Shown: positions 20,223 through 30,978, counted from the stretch's first letter. The stretch is DNA of 64,000 bases from an uncultured Acidimicrobiia bacterium (GCA_963786955.1 CAWBAT010000005.1:608001-672000); one strand, 5' to 3'. Made by a program: numbers and translations. Notes: generated by a model not told the origin, from the letters alone.

Positions 20223-22656
20223 ATGATAATCAGGGCCAACGATAAATCCAATCCGCGAGGAAAAGCAGCTACGCTGCTTCTCGTCTGCCTTTTCGTTATC
20301 TTATTTGGACTCAATGGTTCCAACGATTCATATGCCCAAGCTAAGCTCGGTCGATTGCTGGTTCATCTGGCGGATGAGACGGGCAATGCCGTTCCCGGAG
20401 TTGAGGTATTGATCGAGAGCGCAGAAATTCACATCCAGCAAAAATCCGTTTCAAACGATTCCGGCGAGGTATTTTTTCGCGGCCTTCCCTACAGCGCGTA
20501 TTGGATCGCGATCGAAGATACCCGCTTTGAACCCCTCCGGAAGTCGCTGTCCGTCGCCAGTGAGGTTTCCAAAGAACTTCGAATTGAATTAAAGATTCAC
20601 ACGTTGGTGCAAAACCTGACCATTTCAGATCTTCCGCCATTGATGGATCCGCAGAAAACTAACGGCAGCCTCTATCGTGGGGAAGATCAGATCCAGCGCC
20701 GTTTCGCAAGCTTACCCAACCGGGATGCGATTAATATGGTGGCCTCCATGCCAGGATGGGTTCTGGAGAATAACGGCGTCTTGCATCCTCGCGGTTCGGA
20801 ATATCAGACTCAATACGTGCTGGATGGCATCCCGGTGCTGGACAATCGTTCTCCGGCCTTCGCTTCGGGTCCGTTAATGGACTCCACAGAATCCTTCGAA
20901 GTCATAACGGGGGGGATCCCCGCCGAATATGGACGTAAACTGGGAGGAGTGATTAACGTTGCATCCCGCCCCGGGAATCCTCTGACGCACGGTTCCGTAG
21001 GCGTCTTCGGGGGAAGCCACAGCCTGCTGGGCGGGGGATTCCTATTCGGTGACAAGAAAGAGCACTGGGACTATTCGGCTGCCCTCAGTGGCTCCCACAG
21101 CGCCCGCTATCTCGACCCCCCTAATATTGAAAACCTCCACAACCAGGGCAATTCGGCAGCCGGTTCTTTTCGATTGGATTATTTCCCTCAACCCTCCGAT
21201 GCACTCCATTTCTTTACCTGGGCCAATGGAACCGGCTTGGAAGTCCCGAATGAGGTTTTCCAGGAACAAGCCGGTCAAGATCAAACCAGGACGAACCGGG
21301 ACACGAGTTTCAGCGTCGCTTGGGATCATTATCAATCAGCCCACGCGATGAGCAGCGTGGTGGCCTATGCCCGCAATGTCTCTTCTGATTTAAGCAGCAA
21401 TCCTTTTTCGACTCCAGTCATCAGTCAACAGCGCCGGGGTTTTCAATCTTACGGGGCCATGGGTTCTTACAACTGGATCGTTCACAATCACCAACTGAAA
21501 GTGGGGGGGGGATGTGCTGCTCACCCCCGTAAACGAACTTTTTGATTTCACCCTCTCAGATCCTGAGTTCTTTGACAGCAGGGACCTCACAGCCACTTCG
21601 ACTCCTTCCTTGGTCTCGCAAATCTTAAATGGCGAGCCATTCAATTTCTTTGGCAGACGATCCAGCTTGGAATCGTCTGGTTATTTTCAAGATCACTTCA
21701 ATTGGAAACACTGGTCTTTCAACTTGGGCGTGCGGTACGACAACTACCGCTTCTTGATTCACGATTCAGCCTGGAGTCCAAGAGTCGGGATCGCTTATTT
21801 CATACGCAAGACCCAAACACGATTCCATTTTTCCTATGATCGAGCCTATCAGACCCCCAGCATTGAAAACTTGCTGCTGTCCTCGTCCTTGCAAGCGCAG
21901 AACCTGAGCCCTCGACGCGCACTCGACCAACCGGGAGGTTTGGGAGTGCCGACCAGCCGGGCAGATTTCTATGAAGCGGGTATCTCGCAAGCACTGGGAA
22001 GACGGGCACGATTGGATGTCGAGTATTTCCGCCGGAAAATTGGGAATTTTGCAGATGACGATATTTTCTTCAACACCGGAATCAATTTTCCTATTTCACT
22101 CTATGGAGCGCGGATTAAAGGTGCCGAAGCCCGGCTCGAATTGCAGAACTGGCAAGGATTTTCGGGCTTCGTCAGTTATTCCTATCTGCAGGGTTTTGCT
22201 TTGTCTCCGGTGACCGGTGGCCTGTTTCTCGGCGACAGTGCTTCGGAACTGATCCAGCCTGGATTGCGATTCCCGATAAGTCAGGACCAGAGAAATACGG
22301 TCCATAGCCAAATCCAATTCCAGCGTCCGTCCAGCCGCTGGTGGCTGGCAGCAGGCCATACCTATGAAAGTGGATTGCCCGTGGACCTGGACGAAGCATC
22401 CAGCGGTGGAATGATCGTGGATCCGCGGATCTTGAATCAGGTCAACTTTGAACGCGGGCGAGTTAAGCCCCGCCATTTATGGGATCTGTCGGCTGGGGCA
22501 CATTTATGGGGGGAGGAGCGACAGCGAATTACCGTGCAAGTCGACTGGATCAACGTTGCCAATCGATTTTATCTCATCAACTACAGTGGACTGTTTTCAC
22601 AAACCACAGTCGGGCTGCCTTCAACTGTGACGGCAAAACTCACGTATCAGTTTTGA
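20223..22656 (+). CDS. TonB-dependent receptor with carboxypeptidase-regulatory-like N-terminus; frameshift in G9 run 21503-21511
   Basis: Plug motifs HPRGSEYQTQYVLDGIPV, PAEYGRKLGGVIN; NLGVRYD, WSPRVG; C-terminal Phe. Confidence 0.88.
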
Positions 22657-22734
22657 CGTGTTCTAAGAGCGAAAATTTTTAAGTCGGGCGCTCTGAAAGT
22701 TGGTGCAGCAACCCTGCCAGGAAGGCTGAGTTTT

Positions 22735-22912
22735 TAGGCGGAGTCCGCCGTGCGGCAGACTTCACCCTCCACAGTTGTGCAGTCCCCCTGCACCTCTCCC
22801 TCGTTGGGGCGAGGGGAGCCGAAAATTCATTATCTGGTCTGGGGGGATGAGTTCCACAAGGCTGCTCTTGTCGTCGTCGTGCTCCCTTGCACAAGGGGGA
22901 CTTCAGGGGGGT
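22735..22912. repeat. GC palindromic intergenic repeats
   Basis: cctctccctcgttggggcgagggg (cf. ~1240); cccttgcacaaggggg (cf. ~1070). Confidence 0.55.
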
Positions 22913-22981
22913 GAATAACCAACTACCAACAATCAATGGGTCTGCTTTTGGCTGGCAGGTTGCCCGCGCTCCCAGGTGCCC

Positions 22982-23773
22982 TTATCCCCTCACAAACTGC
23001 TCAATTGAAGTGCAAATTTCTTCGGGCACCTCAAAAAGCGGGAAATGACTTTGGGTTTTCAGCTTCTCTACGTAAAACCAAGCATGGGTTTCCGCAAAGA
23101 TCTGTTGGGCCGTGAAATATTCCAGAGCTTGCGGTTGAGCATAGAGGTGTAATACAGGCACCGAAGGACTCAGTCCCAACAGGGCTTTTAAAGGGTTTCC
23201 GGCTTTGGTATAGGCAGCCTTAATCTCGCGAGCGGCTCGAGACCACATTTCGAAACCATACGCCCCCATCTCCTCTCTCACAAATCGGGTCAGTTTAGGA
23301 TTCTCTACTCCATGGAGCCAGAGATCAAAGGTCAGGTTGATGGTCTGACTCCAGCTTTCGGTAGATTGCATTCCGTTCAGGGATTGAAGAAATGCTGCCG
23401 GAGGATCCAACATCAGCCAGTCAAGATGCACGAGCTTGGGGATTCGTGCTCCCAACCGCTGCCGGAGTTTAATCGCAACCCAACCCGCATGGGCCAGTGA
23501 CACGGGAACAACCTGCGACGCGCGACTAGCTGCGATGACCGATAAGGCGTCCTCAATTAATTGTTCTTCCCCGAACTCACCACCCGCAGGCCCAGATTCG
23601 CCATGTCCCCGCCAATCCAACGATAAAGCACGGCGATGATGACTGCAGCGGGAGAGCAGATCCTGAAAGATTGTGCGATTCGCACACCACCCGGGCATGA
23701 ACAAAAGAGCTGGTTCCCCCTGCCCTAGGTCATCATAAACAATTGAAACGCCCTGAGAACTCGTGATTGCCAA
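22982..23773 (-). CDS. Alpha/beta-hydrolase-fold protein, Hod/Qdo/AqdC-type 3-hydroxy-4-quinolone 2,4-dioxygenase family
   Basis: PGWC, DWRGHG, PVSLAHAGW, LDWLM, FDLWL, EEMGAYG..W.R, H.YAQP, SHFP. Confidence 0.8.
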   Translation of the reverse strand: MAITSSQGVSIVYDDLGQGEPALLFMPGWCANRTIFQDLLSRCSHHRRALSLDWRGHGESGPAGGEFGEEQLIEDALSVIAASRASQVVPVSLAHAGWVAIKLRQRLGARIPKLVHLDWLMLDPPAAFLQSLNGMQSTESWSQTINLTFDLWLHGVENPKLTRFVREEMGAYGFEMWSRAAREIKAAYTKAGNPLKALLGLSPSVPVLHLYAQPQALEYFTAQQIFAETHAWFYVEKLKTQSHFPLFEVPEEICTSIEQFVRG

Positions 23774-23777
23774 GCAT

Positions 23778-24684
23778 TCATCTCCAGTTCAGAATCTTTT
23801 CGAGCCTTTGCCTGGCTTCCTCAATGAGTTCGGTCTCCGCCGACTGGCCGAGCAAGTGCTCATAGAGCTTCTCGGCAGGTTCAAAGTCCCCCAGGTTCTC
23901 ATAATGTTTTGCTAAATAGAAATAAGCTTCTCCAAAAGGCCGGATCAAGGGCAATGGTTTTTTCAAACTCCCGGATCGCCAAATCGTCGTAACCTTCATC
24001 TGCGAGCAGGTTTGCCAAGAAATAATGTCCGTCCCGGTCATCGGGTTTAAGGATGACAAATCGCCGCAACTGTTCAAGGGCCTTGTCGATTAGTCCGAGT
24101 TGGGCGAGAGTAACCCCAAAATTAAAACAAGCATCGGCATCACTTGGATTTTTTGCGACCTTCTCTGCTTCCGCACACAATACTTCTGACGTCAATGCCT
24201 TGTTGAAATAGTAATCCTCCTTGTACGGCGGGAATCCCGATTTCCAGAACTCCAGGGTCCTTTGCCTGTCGACAAAGCTAACACCCGGCTCGGACCTCAG
24301 CAAAGACTGTAACTCGTCTTCAACTGCGGCTTCCTGGGAGTCTTCCGGGATTGAATTTCGCTGAATGAGCAAATCGTTGTAGGCAGCGCTCCCCTCCTCT
24401 AACTTGGAAATCGCAACATTCAAATAGTACCGCGCCTTCCTGAGGTCCCCCGACCTTAGGGCCTCCTGTACGCTGAACTCCGCGTTTTCCTGTTCCTTGG
24501 CTGCAATCCGGTCCAGGATCGTTTTCAATTCCTCTTGTGAAGCCGGGTCTTGATGCTCAATCAGTTCTGCTGCTCGCTCGCATTCCAGGCGGGCCATTCC
24601 CAATTTTCCGAGCTGTTCATATTTTCGGGCCCTTTGAATGTAAGCTCCCGCATCCATCCCTAACAGCTTTCTCAAGAACGACAT
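23778..24684 (-). CDS. Tetratricopeptide repeat protein; frameshift near 23940
   Basis: NPSDADACFNFGVTLAQLG, KPDDRDGHYFLA, ALDPAF/GEAYFYLAKHYENLG; AGGAGG RBS. Confidence 0.85.
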
Positions 24685-24700
24685 GTTGCCTCCTTTGCCC

Positions 24701-25891
24701 TCAATAGACAAACTCCTTAATATCATACAAGGAGACCTTCGGTTTTTGCAGCTCTTCGAAGTTCAGCGCGCAGCGGATGGCATTCAGCTGGGATTCGCGC
24801 TCTTGTTCGGTTAATGAGCCAATGCCCGCTTCGGCCGCTCGTAGAGAATATTCCATCGAGGTGGATTCGAGAAAAGGTGAAAAATAAAGGATATCCCCAA
24901 CCCCCAGTCCCATCAAATTTACCAGATCCGCAGTTTGTTCAATGTGTCGATGCAAGAAGCGACTTCCTCCGATGCCGATCATGATGATGACTCCCAGACT
25001 CAAGCCGGCTCCTTTGACCGCCAAACAGACCTCCAGCGTTTGCTTCGCTGTAGCGGGTTTGTTCAAAAAACGCAGTAACTCATCACAGCCCGTTTCAACT
25101 CCGACATAGACACGCCGTAAATTCCTTTCTCTCAACTGTCCAAAGTCCTTTTCGGTCTTCTTGTCACCGGTAAAGACATCGAGAAAGGAGTAAATCCCAC
25201 GAAACCCTTGCGATTCGTGGTCACCAGAATGGGGAGCACTCATCGGAAAAGTTTCATTGATCCGGTCCATCATTTTGAGCAATTTTGATTGCGGGAGGAC
25301 TAAGGCATTGGCATCACCTAGAAAAATCGATTGCCGTAAACGGATGGCCGCTCCGAAGAAGTCCTTTGCGGCTTGAAGGTGTTTCTCGAATTCATTCTCT
25401 GACTTTATCCGGAAAGAAGTTTTGCGGTAAAAGTGGCAAAAGGTGCAATGATTCCAATGACAACCTTCCGTTGCTTGAAGGACTAAAGCAAGATATTGGT
25501 CTGGAGGAAGAATGGTGACGGGAGAATAAACGGCTCGGAATCGTTTTCGTTCATCTTCCAACCGTGCATAATCCCAGTCCACAACAAGTTTCAACCAGCT
25601 CTTGACTTGGCCGAGAGCCTGTTGTCGACTTGGCTCATCACTCCAGGATTCGACCTCCTCTTTTTCAAGGCGTCTCAGGATGTCACTGCAATGATCACCA
25701 ATTCTCTCAATGACAGCTCGTTTCTCCGACTTCTCCAACTCCCGAATATTCTTCCAGGTCCCATATCGGTTCGACAGTCTTTTCTTCTTGATGATCCGAT
25801 TGTCGAGTGTTCGGATGTAGGTGCCGCCTTCGTTCCAGAGCGAAAGGAGTTTCCCGGTAAGATCAAAGGAATAGACTTCCTTCTCATCCAT
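24701..25891 (-). CDS. Radical SAM protein
   Basis: QATEGCHWNHCTFC (CX3CX2C), FLGDANAL, YVGVETG. Confidence 0.92.
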   Translation of the reverse strand: MDEKEVYSFDLTGKLLSLWNEGGTYIRTLDNRIIKKKRLSNRYGTWKNIRELEKSEKRAVIERIGDHCSDILRRLEKEEVESWSDEPSRQQALGQVKSWLKLVVDWDYARLEDERKRFRAVYSPVTILPPDQYLALVLQATEGCHWNHCTFCHFYRKTSFRIKSENEFEKHLQAAKDFFGAAIRLRQSIFLGDANALVLPQSKLLKMMDRINETFPMSAPHSGDHESQGFRGIYSFLDVFTGDKKTEKDFGQLRERNLRRVYVGVETGCDELLRFLNKPATAKQTLEVCLAVKGAGLSLGVIIMIGIGGSRFLHRHIEQTADLVNLMGLGVGDILYFSPFLESTSMEYSLRAAEAGIGSLTEQERESQLNAIRCALNFEELQKPKVSLYDIKEFVY

Positions 25892-26020
25892 GCTCAGGGA
25901 GAAAGAAGACGATTTGAGACTAAAAAGAATCGCTCCCCGGTCGGAGTGAGACGAAATTCGGCGAGCACCTGGATGTTCCTCCCTGACATCTAATCCGTGC
26001 CGATCTGCTCGAACGAGCCA

Positions 26021-26365
26021 CTATCCTTGAGCCTTCAGCACGCTCCGAATTTCTTTTTGAACAAAGTCTTTGGCGGAATCAAGAGCTTGGAACACCCCCT
26101 GCTGTGTTTTCTCTGTCCATTGCCGGCTTCGGCCAATCCCTTCCTGAACTTCTTCCATGACTTTGTCCGTCCAGTCTTCGCAAGCGTGAGACAACTGCAG
26201 CTGAAGGGCCTCGGCTTTATTCTTGGCTATTTTTCCCAGATGGACAATATCGCGCCTTGTCTTCTTCCCGGATTGGGGTGCCAGGAGTAAAGCGATTCCC
26301 GCCCCCAAGAGGCTGCCGGCCACAAACGAGCTGATCGGTATGAGTTTCGAATGGTTGTTTTCCAT
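26021..26365 (-). CDS. YtxH-domain protein
   Basis: FVAGSLLGAGIALLLAPQSGKKTR. Confidence 0.9.
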   Translation of the reverse strand: MENNHSKLIPISSFVAGSLLGAGIALLLAPQSGKKTRRDIVHLGKIAKNKAEALQLQLSHACEDWTDKVMEEVQEGIGRSRQWTEKTQQGVFQALDSAKDFVQKEIRSVLKAQG

Positions 26366-26533
26366 GATAGACCTCCTCAAAGTTAATCCTTCTCTGAATT
26401 GAGAAATTCCCTTCTACAACGACCCGTCTGCGATCCTTGCTAACGCCACAGGCGTTAAGTTATTTCCTTGCTAACGGCAATTGCTACCTCTCTTTGATTG
26501 TAGTGGAAACTCCAAAATCGTCACATGGACCGC

Positions 26534-26974
26534 CTAATTGATGGCTTCTGGCGGAACAAATTTGTAGTGAGACTGGAGGAACGCAACCAGATCGATTAGC
26601 TGCTGGACGGTCATGGTGCTATTAAAATTAAGCATCTTGGACTTTCCATCTGTTTCCACAGCTTCTTTCGGATAGCCACGAATGATTCGATGCGAAGGAT
26701 TGATAATCGAAGTGACCAAATCCCCGTAAGTGTGGATCTGGTAAGTGTCTCCCCCGAGCATTACCATGACCTGCGCACTCCCGGGGGGAGAAGGCAACTC
26801 GACGCCTTTGACCGTATGGCATTCGTGGCATTTGAGATCGGTGAAAGCGATTTTGCCTTTTTCCGGATCACCATCAGGCATGCGAAACCCTCGTCCTGAC
26901 TTGGCCCCGCCGCCGCAATGGATCAAGAGAATCAAGAAAATAACGACCAAAATGATAAAGAGCTTGTGCCGCAT
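26534..26974 (-). CDS. Monoheme c-type cytochrome (lipoprotein-like)
   Basis: CHECH; LVTSIINPSH; SKM candidate Met ligand. Confidence 0.85.
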   Translation of the reverse strand: MRHKLFIILVVIFLILLIHCGGGAKSGRGFRMPDGDPEKGKIAFTDLKCHECHTVKGVELPSPPGSAQVMVMLGGDTYQIHTYGDLVTSIINPSHRIIRGYPKEAVETDGKSKMLNFNSTMTVQQLIDLVAFLQSHYKFVPPEAIN

Positions 26975-27008
26975 AGGTCCTCCTTCAGCTCAGTTGAGAC
27001 GTATCGCC

Positions 27009-27443
27009 TTACTTCACTGGTGGCAAAATTATTTCGTATTGAGACTGGAGGAAAGCCACCAAATTGATCATCTGGCGAACGGTCATGACTTGAGTGTAGT
27101 CCGTCATCCGGGACTTTCCATCAACCGAAATCAACTCTTTCTTATAACCCTTGGCTAAGCGGTGAGAAGGATTAATGATCGAGGTCACCAGCTCTCCGTA
27201 GGTCTTTACATTGCGCACTTGCCCTCCCAGATTGACCACCACTGGAGGAACCACTTCCAGAGGAGGCAGTTCAACTCCTGCCACCGTATGGCAAAAATTG
27301 CATTTTAGCTCCACAAAGGCTGCTTTCCCCTCTTCGATGTCGCCGTTTGGCAACCGGAAGCCCATTGATGACTTAGGCCCGGCATCGCATGCCGCCATTG
27401 ACAGTGCGAAGAATACGGGGACGATGGCCATCAATATTTTCAT
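27009..27443 (-). CDS. Monoheme c-type cytochrome (paralog of 26534..26974)
   Basis: MAAC lipobox; CNFCH; LVTSIINPSH; SRM. Confidence 0.85.
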   Translation of the reverse strand: MKILMAIVPVFFALSMAACDAGPKSSMGFRLPNGDIEEGKAAFVELKCNFCHTVAGVELPPLEVVPPVVVNLGGQVRNVKTYGELVTSIINPSHRLAKGYKKELISVDGKSRMTDYTQVMTVRQMINLVAFLQSQYEIILPPVK

Positions 27444-27848
27444 CGCTAACCTCCTTCATTCCTCCTTCCCCTGCAACACATCCGATCAACCTTCTTGGTT
27501 TGGGTATTCAAATTGGGTATGGTCTCGCAGGATGCATCATGAAGCTCTGCCCAAAGCACCTTCCTCCTCAATTGCATGATCCCTACCAAACTTAGAAGTC
27601 CGCCAATCTCCCCCCTACAGATCAAAAAAAGGCGCAAGATGAAGGATTTGCATCTTCATTGGCCCTCGTCTGCTCCTGGGAATTCTCCCGTAATGATGGG
27701 GGGAGGGAGGACGGTGAAAGGGGAATGTGGCTAAAGACCCGTGGCTGGGTGAAATAATCCGATCGACACCAAATCCCTACTGCTCAGGCTTGCGTGAAAT
27801 TGCTAAGATAATCAATGAGTGAGCCGACGGCTCGTCAAAATTATTTCA

Positions 27849-27864
27849 TGGCACGTACCTTGCT
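27849..27864 (+). promoter_or_regulatory. Sigma54 -24/-12 promoter
   Basis: TGGCACGTACCTTGCT matches TGGCACG-N4-TTGCW, about 55 bp before the ATG. Confidence 0.75.
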
Positions 27865-27917
27865 GCATCTTATGAGAACTGCTCGTTGCCGACCATCGAC
27901 CTAAAGAGGAGCTCATC

Positions 27918-28889
27918 ATGAATAGACGGAATTTCCTGAAAGGAGTCCCCCCACTGACAGCGTTGTTAGGTGTATTTCCGGCATCCCTTTCCGCTATCGA
28001 GCGAGAAGAAACTCCAGGGAAACTGGAACGCCGTTCCCTGGGTCGCACCGGTGAGAAGCTCTCAATTCTTGGCTTTGGAGGCATTGTTGTCATGAATGCC
28101 ACTCCTCAGGAAGCATCCCGACGCGTCGGCGAAGCCATTGATGCTGGTATCAACTACTTTGACGTAGCCCCAAGTTACGGCAACGCAGAGGAGAGGCTGG
28201 GCCCTGCACTGGAAACTTACCGAAAAAATGTATTTGTCGCCTGCAAGACGACCCAACGCAGCAAAGCGGGTGCTGCGGCAGAGCTTGAAAACTCCTTAAA
28301 GAAGATGCGAACCGATCATTTTAACCTGTACCAGCTTCATGCGGTCGCTAAACTCGAGGAGGTCGAACAAATCCTCAAGCCTGGTGGTGCGTTGGAGGCT
28401 TTCTTGGAAGCGAAGAAAGCTGGGAAAATTCATTTCATTGGCTTTTCAGCGCATTCTGTGGAAGCTGCTTTAGCCCTAATGGATCGATTCGAGTTTGACA
28501 CGATCCTGTTTCCAATTAACTTTGCAACCTGGTATGCCGGGAATTTCGGCCCTCAAGTGCTGGCAAAAGCTCAGGAGAAGAAAATGGGGATTCTGGCATT
28601 GAAGGCAATGGCCAATCGGCCTTGGCCTGAGGGGGCAACAAAGACCTTTTCGAAGTGCTGGTACGAACCCCTCTCGGAACCCTCTGAGGCAATGCTTGGA
28701 CTGCGTTTTACGCTCTCCCATCCCATTACGGCGGCGATACCTCCTGGAGATGAAAATCTGTTCCGGATGGCTCTGCAATTGGCAGCCAGCTTCACCCCAC
28801 TGTCTCCCTCAGAAGCAGAGAAACTTAAACAAAAAGGGATGAAGTCGGAGCCCATATTCAAGTATCCACAGCCGGGAGTAAATGCTTGA
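27918..28889 (+). CDS. Aldo/keto reductase with Tat signal
   Basis: MNRRNFLK; LGRTG, GINYFDVAPSYG, LYQLH, IGFSAH. Confidence 0.92.
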   Translation: MNRRNFLKGVPPLTALLGVFPASLSAIEREETPGKLERRSLGRTGEKLSILGFGGIVVMNATPQEASRRVGEAIDAGINYFDVAPSYGNAEERLGPALETYRKNVFVACKTTQRSKAGAAAELENSLKKMRTDHFNLYQLHAVAKLEEVEQILKPGGALEAFLEAKKAGKIHFIGFSAHSVEAALALMDRFEFDTILFPINFATWYAGNFGPQVLAKAQEKKMGILALKAMANRPWPEGATKTFSKCWYEPLSEPSEAMLGLRFTLSHPITAAIPPGDENLFRMALQLAASFTPLSPSEAEKLKQKGMKSEPIFKYPQPGVNA

Positions 28890-28966
28890 TGTAAAACATT
28901 CGGTTGACTCAACCCCTGTGCCTTTCCTATGGAGTCGCTGGAAACGATTGATCCAGGAGGTGGCGT

Positions 28967-29164
28967 ATGATCAACCTGGAGTTATCAGAAGAAGAACAAC
29001 TAACACTGATCATTGTTCTTGAGGAGAGTATTTCAGACCTTAGAGGAGAGATTGTCCATACGGAAAGAATGGACTTCAAAGAGGATTTGAAACGGAAAAG
29101 AACGACCCTGGCTCATGTCTTGCAGATGCTAAAGGGCGTGGCCGCAAGCTCAGCCACTACCTAA
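28967..29164 (+). CDS. Small helical hypothetical protein
   Basis: AGGAGG RBS; LEESISDLRGEIVHTERMDFKEDLK. Confidence 0.7.
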   Translation: MINLELSEEEQLTLIIVLEESISDLRGEIVHTERMDFKEDLKRKRTTLAHVLQMLKGVAASSATT

Positions 29165-29291
29165 GTACTGCTATTCGTAAATACGGTGACGTTAACGCCG
29201 GGTCGGTGACCCGGCCTACAACTTTGTAGGCCGCGTGACCCCACGCGGCGCCTAAACTCAGGAACGCCACCGTATTTATGAAATGCAGTAC
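29165..29291. mobile_element. 127 bp MITE-like element carrying a GTAG REP doublet (copy 1)
   Basis: TIR gtactgctattcgtaaatacggtg / caccgtatttatgaaatgcagtac, TAA on both sides. Confidence 0.8.
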
Positions 29292-29830
29292 TAAGTTAGT
29301 TTCGGCGTCCAGATCGAACAGTTCTTTACCGTTACTGAATAAGTTCGTCGCTCTTTGACTATTGCTCCATATGCACTCGCTTCGTAACTCCAAAGAGGAC
29401 TGATTGCCCTTACCTAAATGGAACGGATTCATGACTTCCTGAAGGAAGATGATTCCCGAAGAATGATGGATCTGCAACCACTCCGGGCTATCAAACAGTG
29501 GCTCGGCCATCACTCGCCTAAACAATTCTGAAACTTCATTGGAACCCGCTCTACGTTCCAACACACCGTTGACAATAGAGGTGACGTTGGAATACCACGT
29601 CTTTCCCCTAAGCCTAGCTGCGGCGCGATGAGCTAGATTTCTTCCCTTTTGGAAACCGAAGTGCTTTGCGCTATTCAGCTAAGAGGTCTCGTCAAAGAGA
29701 GGATAAATTAAGAGGGGAAATTTACATGAAAGGAGGAGGTCGACAGCTTTGGCGCGCCTGAAGAATTTAGGGCCGTAAAAGGACGGGGCCGTTTTTCGAA
29801 GCAGCGCTGAAAACTGAAGGCTAAGAGGAT

Positions 29831-30916
29831 ATGGCCACCAAGAATTTGAACTACGATAGACTCAAATTCCTTTTCCTGTTAATGATGTTGCTGGCTCTGG
29901 CTCTCTCTTGGGTTGGGATGAGAGATATTCCAACAATGCCCTTTTCAGGATATCAGGTGAGCTCGGACTACCGGGTGGTTCAGCTGAACCCAAGCGGTCC
30001 AGCTGCCCTCTCAGGAATGAGGCTCGACGACAAAGTCACTGAGGTCAACGGAATCCAGACCGAAAGACTGTATCAGATCTGGCGTCAACCCGAGCCGATG
30101 ATTGGAGATACTGTGAGTTTAAAAGTTAGGCGGGCCGACACCGAGTTTGCGATCACTTTCAAACTGTTCCCTTTACCGGCGCAACAGGCAACCCTGACTT
30201 GGATTTATCAAATTACGGCGGTTTTCATGCTAGTCGGAGGTCTCTTGGTTTTCTGGAGGAAGCCCAGGAAGGAAACTTTGCTGTTTTATTTGAGCAGCAC
30301 CTTCATCGCCCTCGGTTTGATGACTCCTCCTCATCTGAAGTCCTTCTTCCTCCGCGATCTGGTAGCGCTAAATTCCTTGCTCTTCTTGCTCCTCGGGCTG
30401 GCGTTCTTTCTCCATTTAACCATCATTTTCCCAAGACCTAAATTGTCTGTGCTAGAGACTCCTGTTGAGATCTTCATTTACTTGCCGGTACCCGTCATGG
30501 TGTTTCTCTACTTGGCTCTTGGCCTGTTCCAGCCATGGGAAAATCTTCGGTTGAATCAGACACTCCATTATGTTTTCGGGTTATGCGTCCTATATTGCCT
30601 GGGACTAGCCCTGGCAGCAGTTGTTCATAGCTTCTGGAAAGCAAGATCGACACCACAGCAATGGAACTGGCTGCTGGTAGGCTCGCTTTTGGGCCTCTTA
30701 CCTCCGGCCCTATTGGTGTTCAGAAATAGCTTTCTCCCGAACCTGCCTCTCCCGGGAAGCTCTTTTTACACCCTGATGATCTTGCTTACCTACTTTACTT
30801 TCAGCTGGGCGCTCTTAAGAGAGGAACCGAAGACAGGATTCAGATCTATTCATGAAAGCGGCTTAGAGTCAGATGAGAAGGCCTGGCTCTACGCTACTTG
30901 GGAAAGGGGCAGGTAG
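29831..30916 (+). CDS. PDZ-domain multi-pass membrane protein
   Basis: PSGPAALSGMRLDDKVTEVNG followed by ~6-7 TM helices. Confidence 0.8.
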   Translation: MATKNLNYDRLKFLFLLMMLLALALSWVGMRDIPTMPFSGYQVSSDYRVVQLNPSGPAALSGMRLDDKVTEVNGIQTERLYQIWRQPEPMIGDTVSLKVRRADTEFAITFKLFPLPAQQATLTWIYQITAVFMLVGGLLVFWRKPRKETLLFYLSSTFIALGLMTPPHLKSFFLRDLVALNSLLFLLLGLAFFLHLTIIFPRPKLSVLETPVEIFIYLPVPVMVFLYLALGLFQPWENLRLNQTLHYVFGLCVLYCLGLALAAVVHSFWKARSTPQQWNWLLVGSLLGLLPPALLVFRNSFLPNLPLPGSSFYTLMILLTYFTFSWALLREEPKTGFRSIHESGLESDEKAWLYATWERGR

Positions 30917-30978
30917 AGCTTCAGTTCTCACTACGACTGGCACATAGAAAATAATCGCATATGCGCACCGGCCTTTCA

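Noticed and set aside
29157-29564. 135 aa minus-strand ORF (and 33432..33662)
   Set aside because: The shared peptide GAAWGHAAYKVVGRVTDPALT is just the translated MITE.
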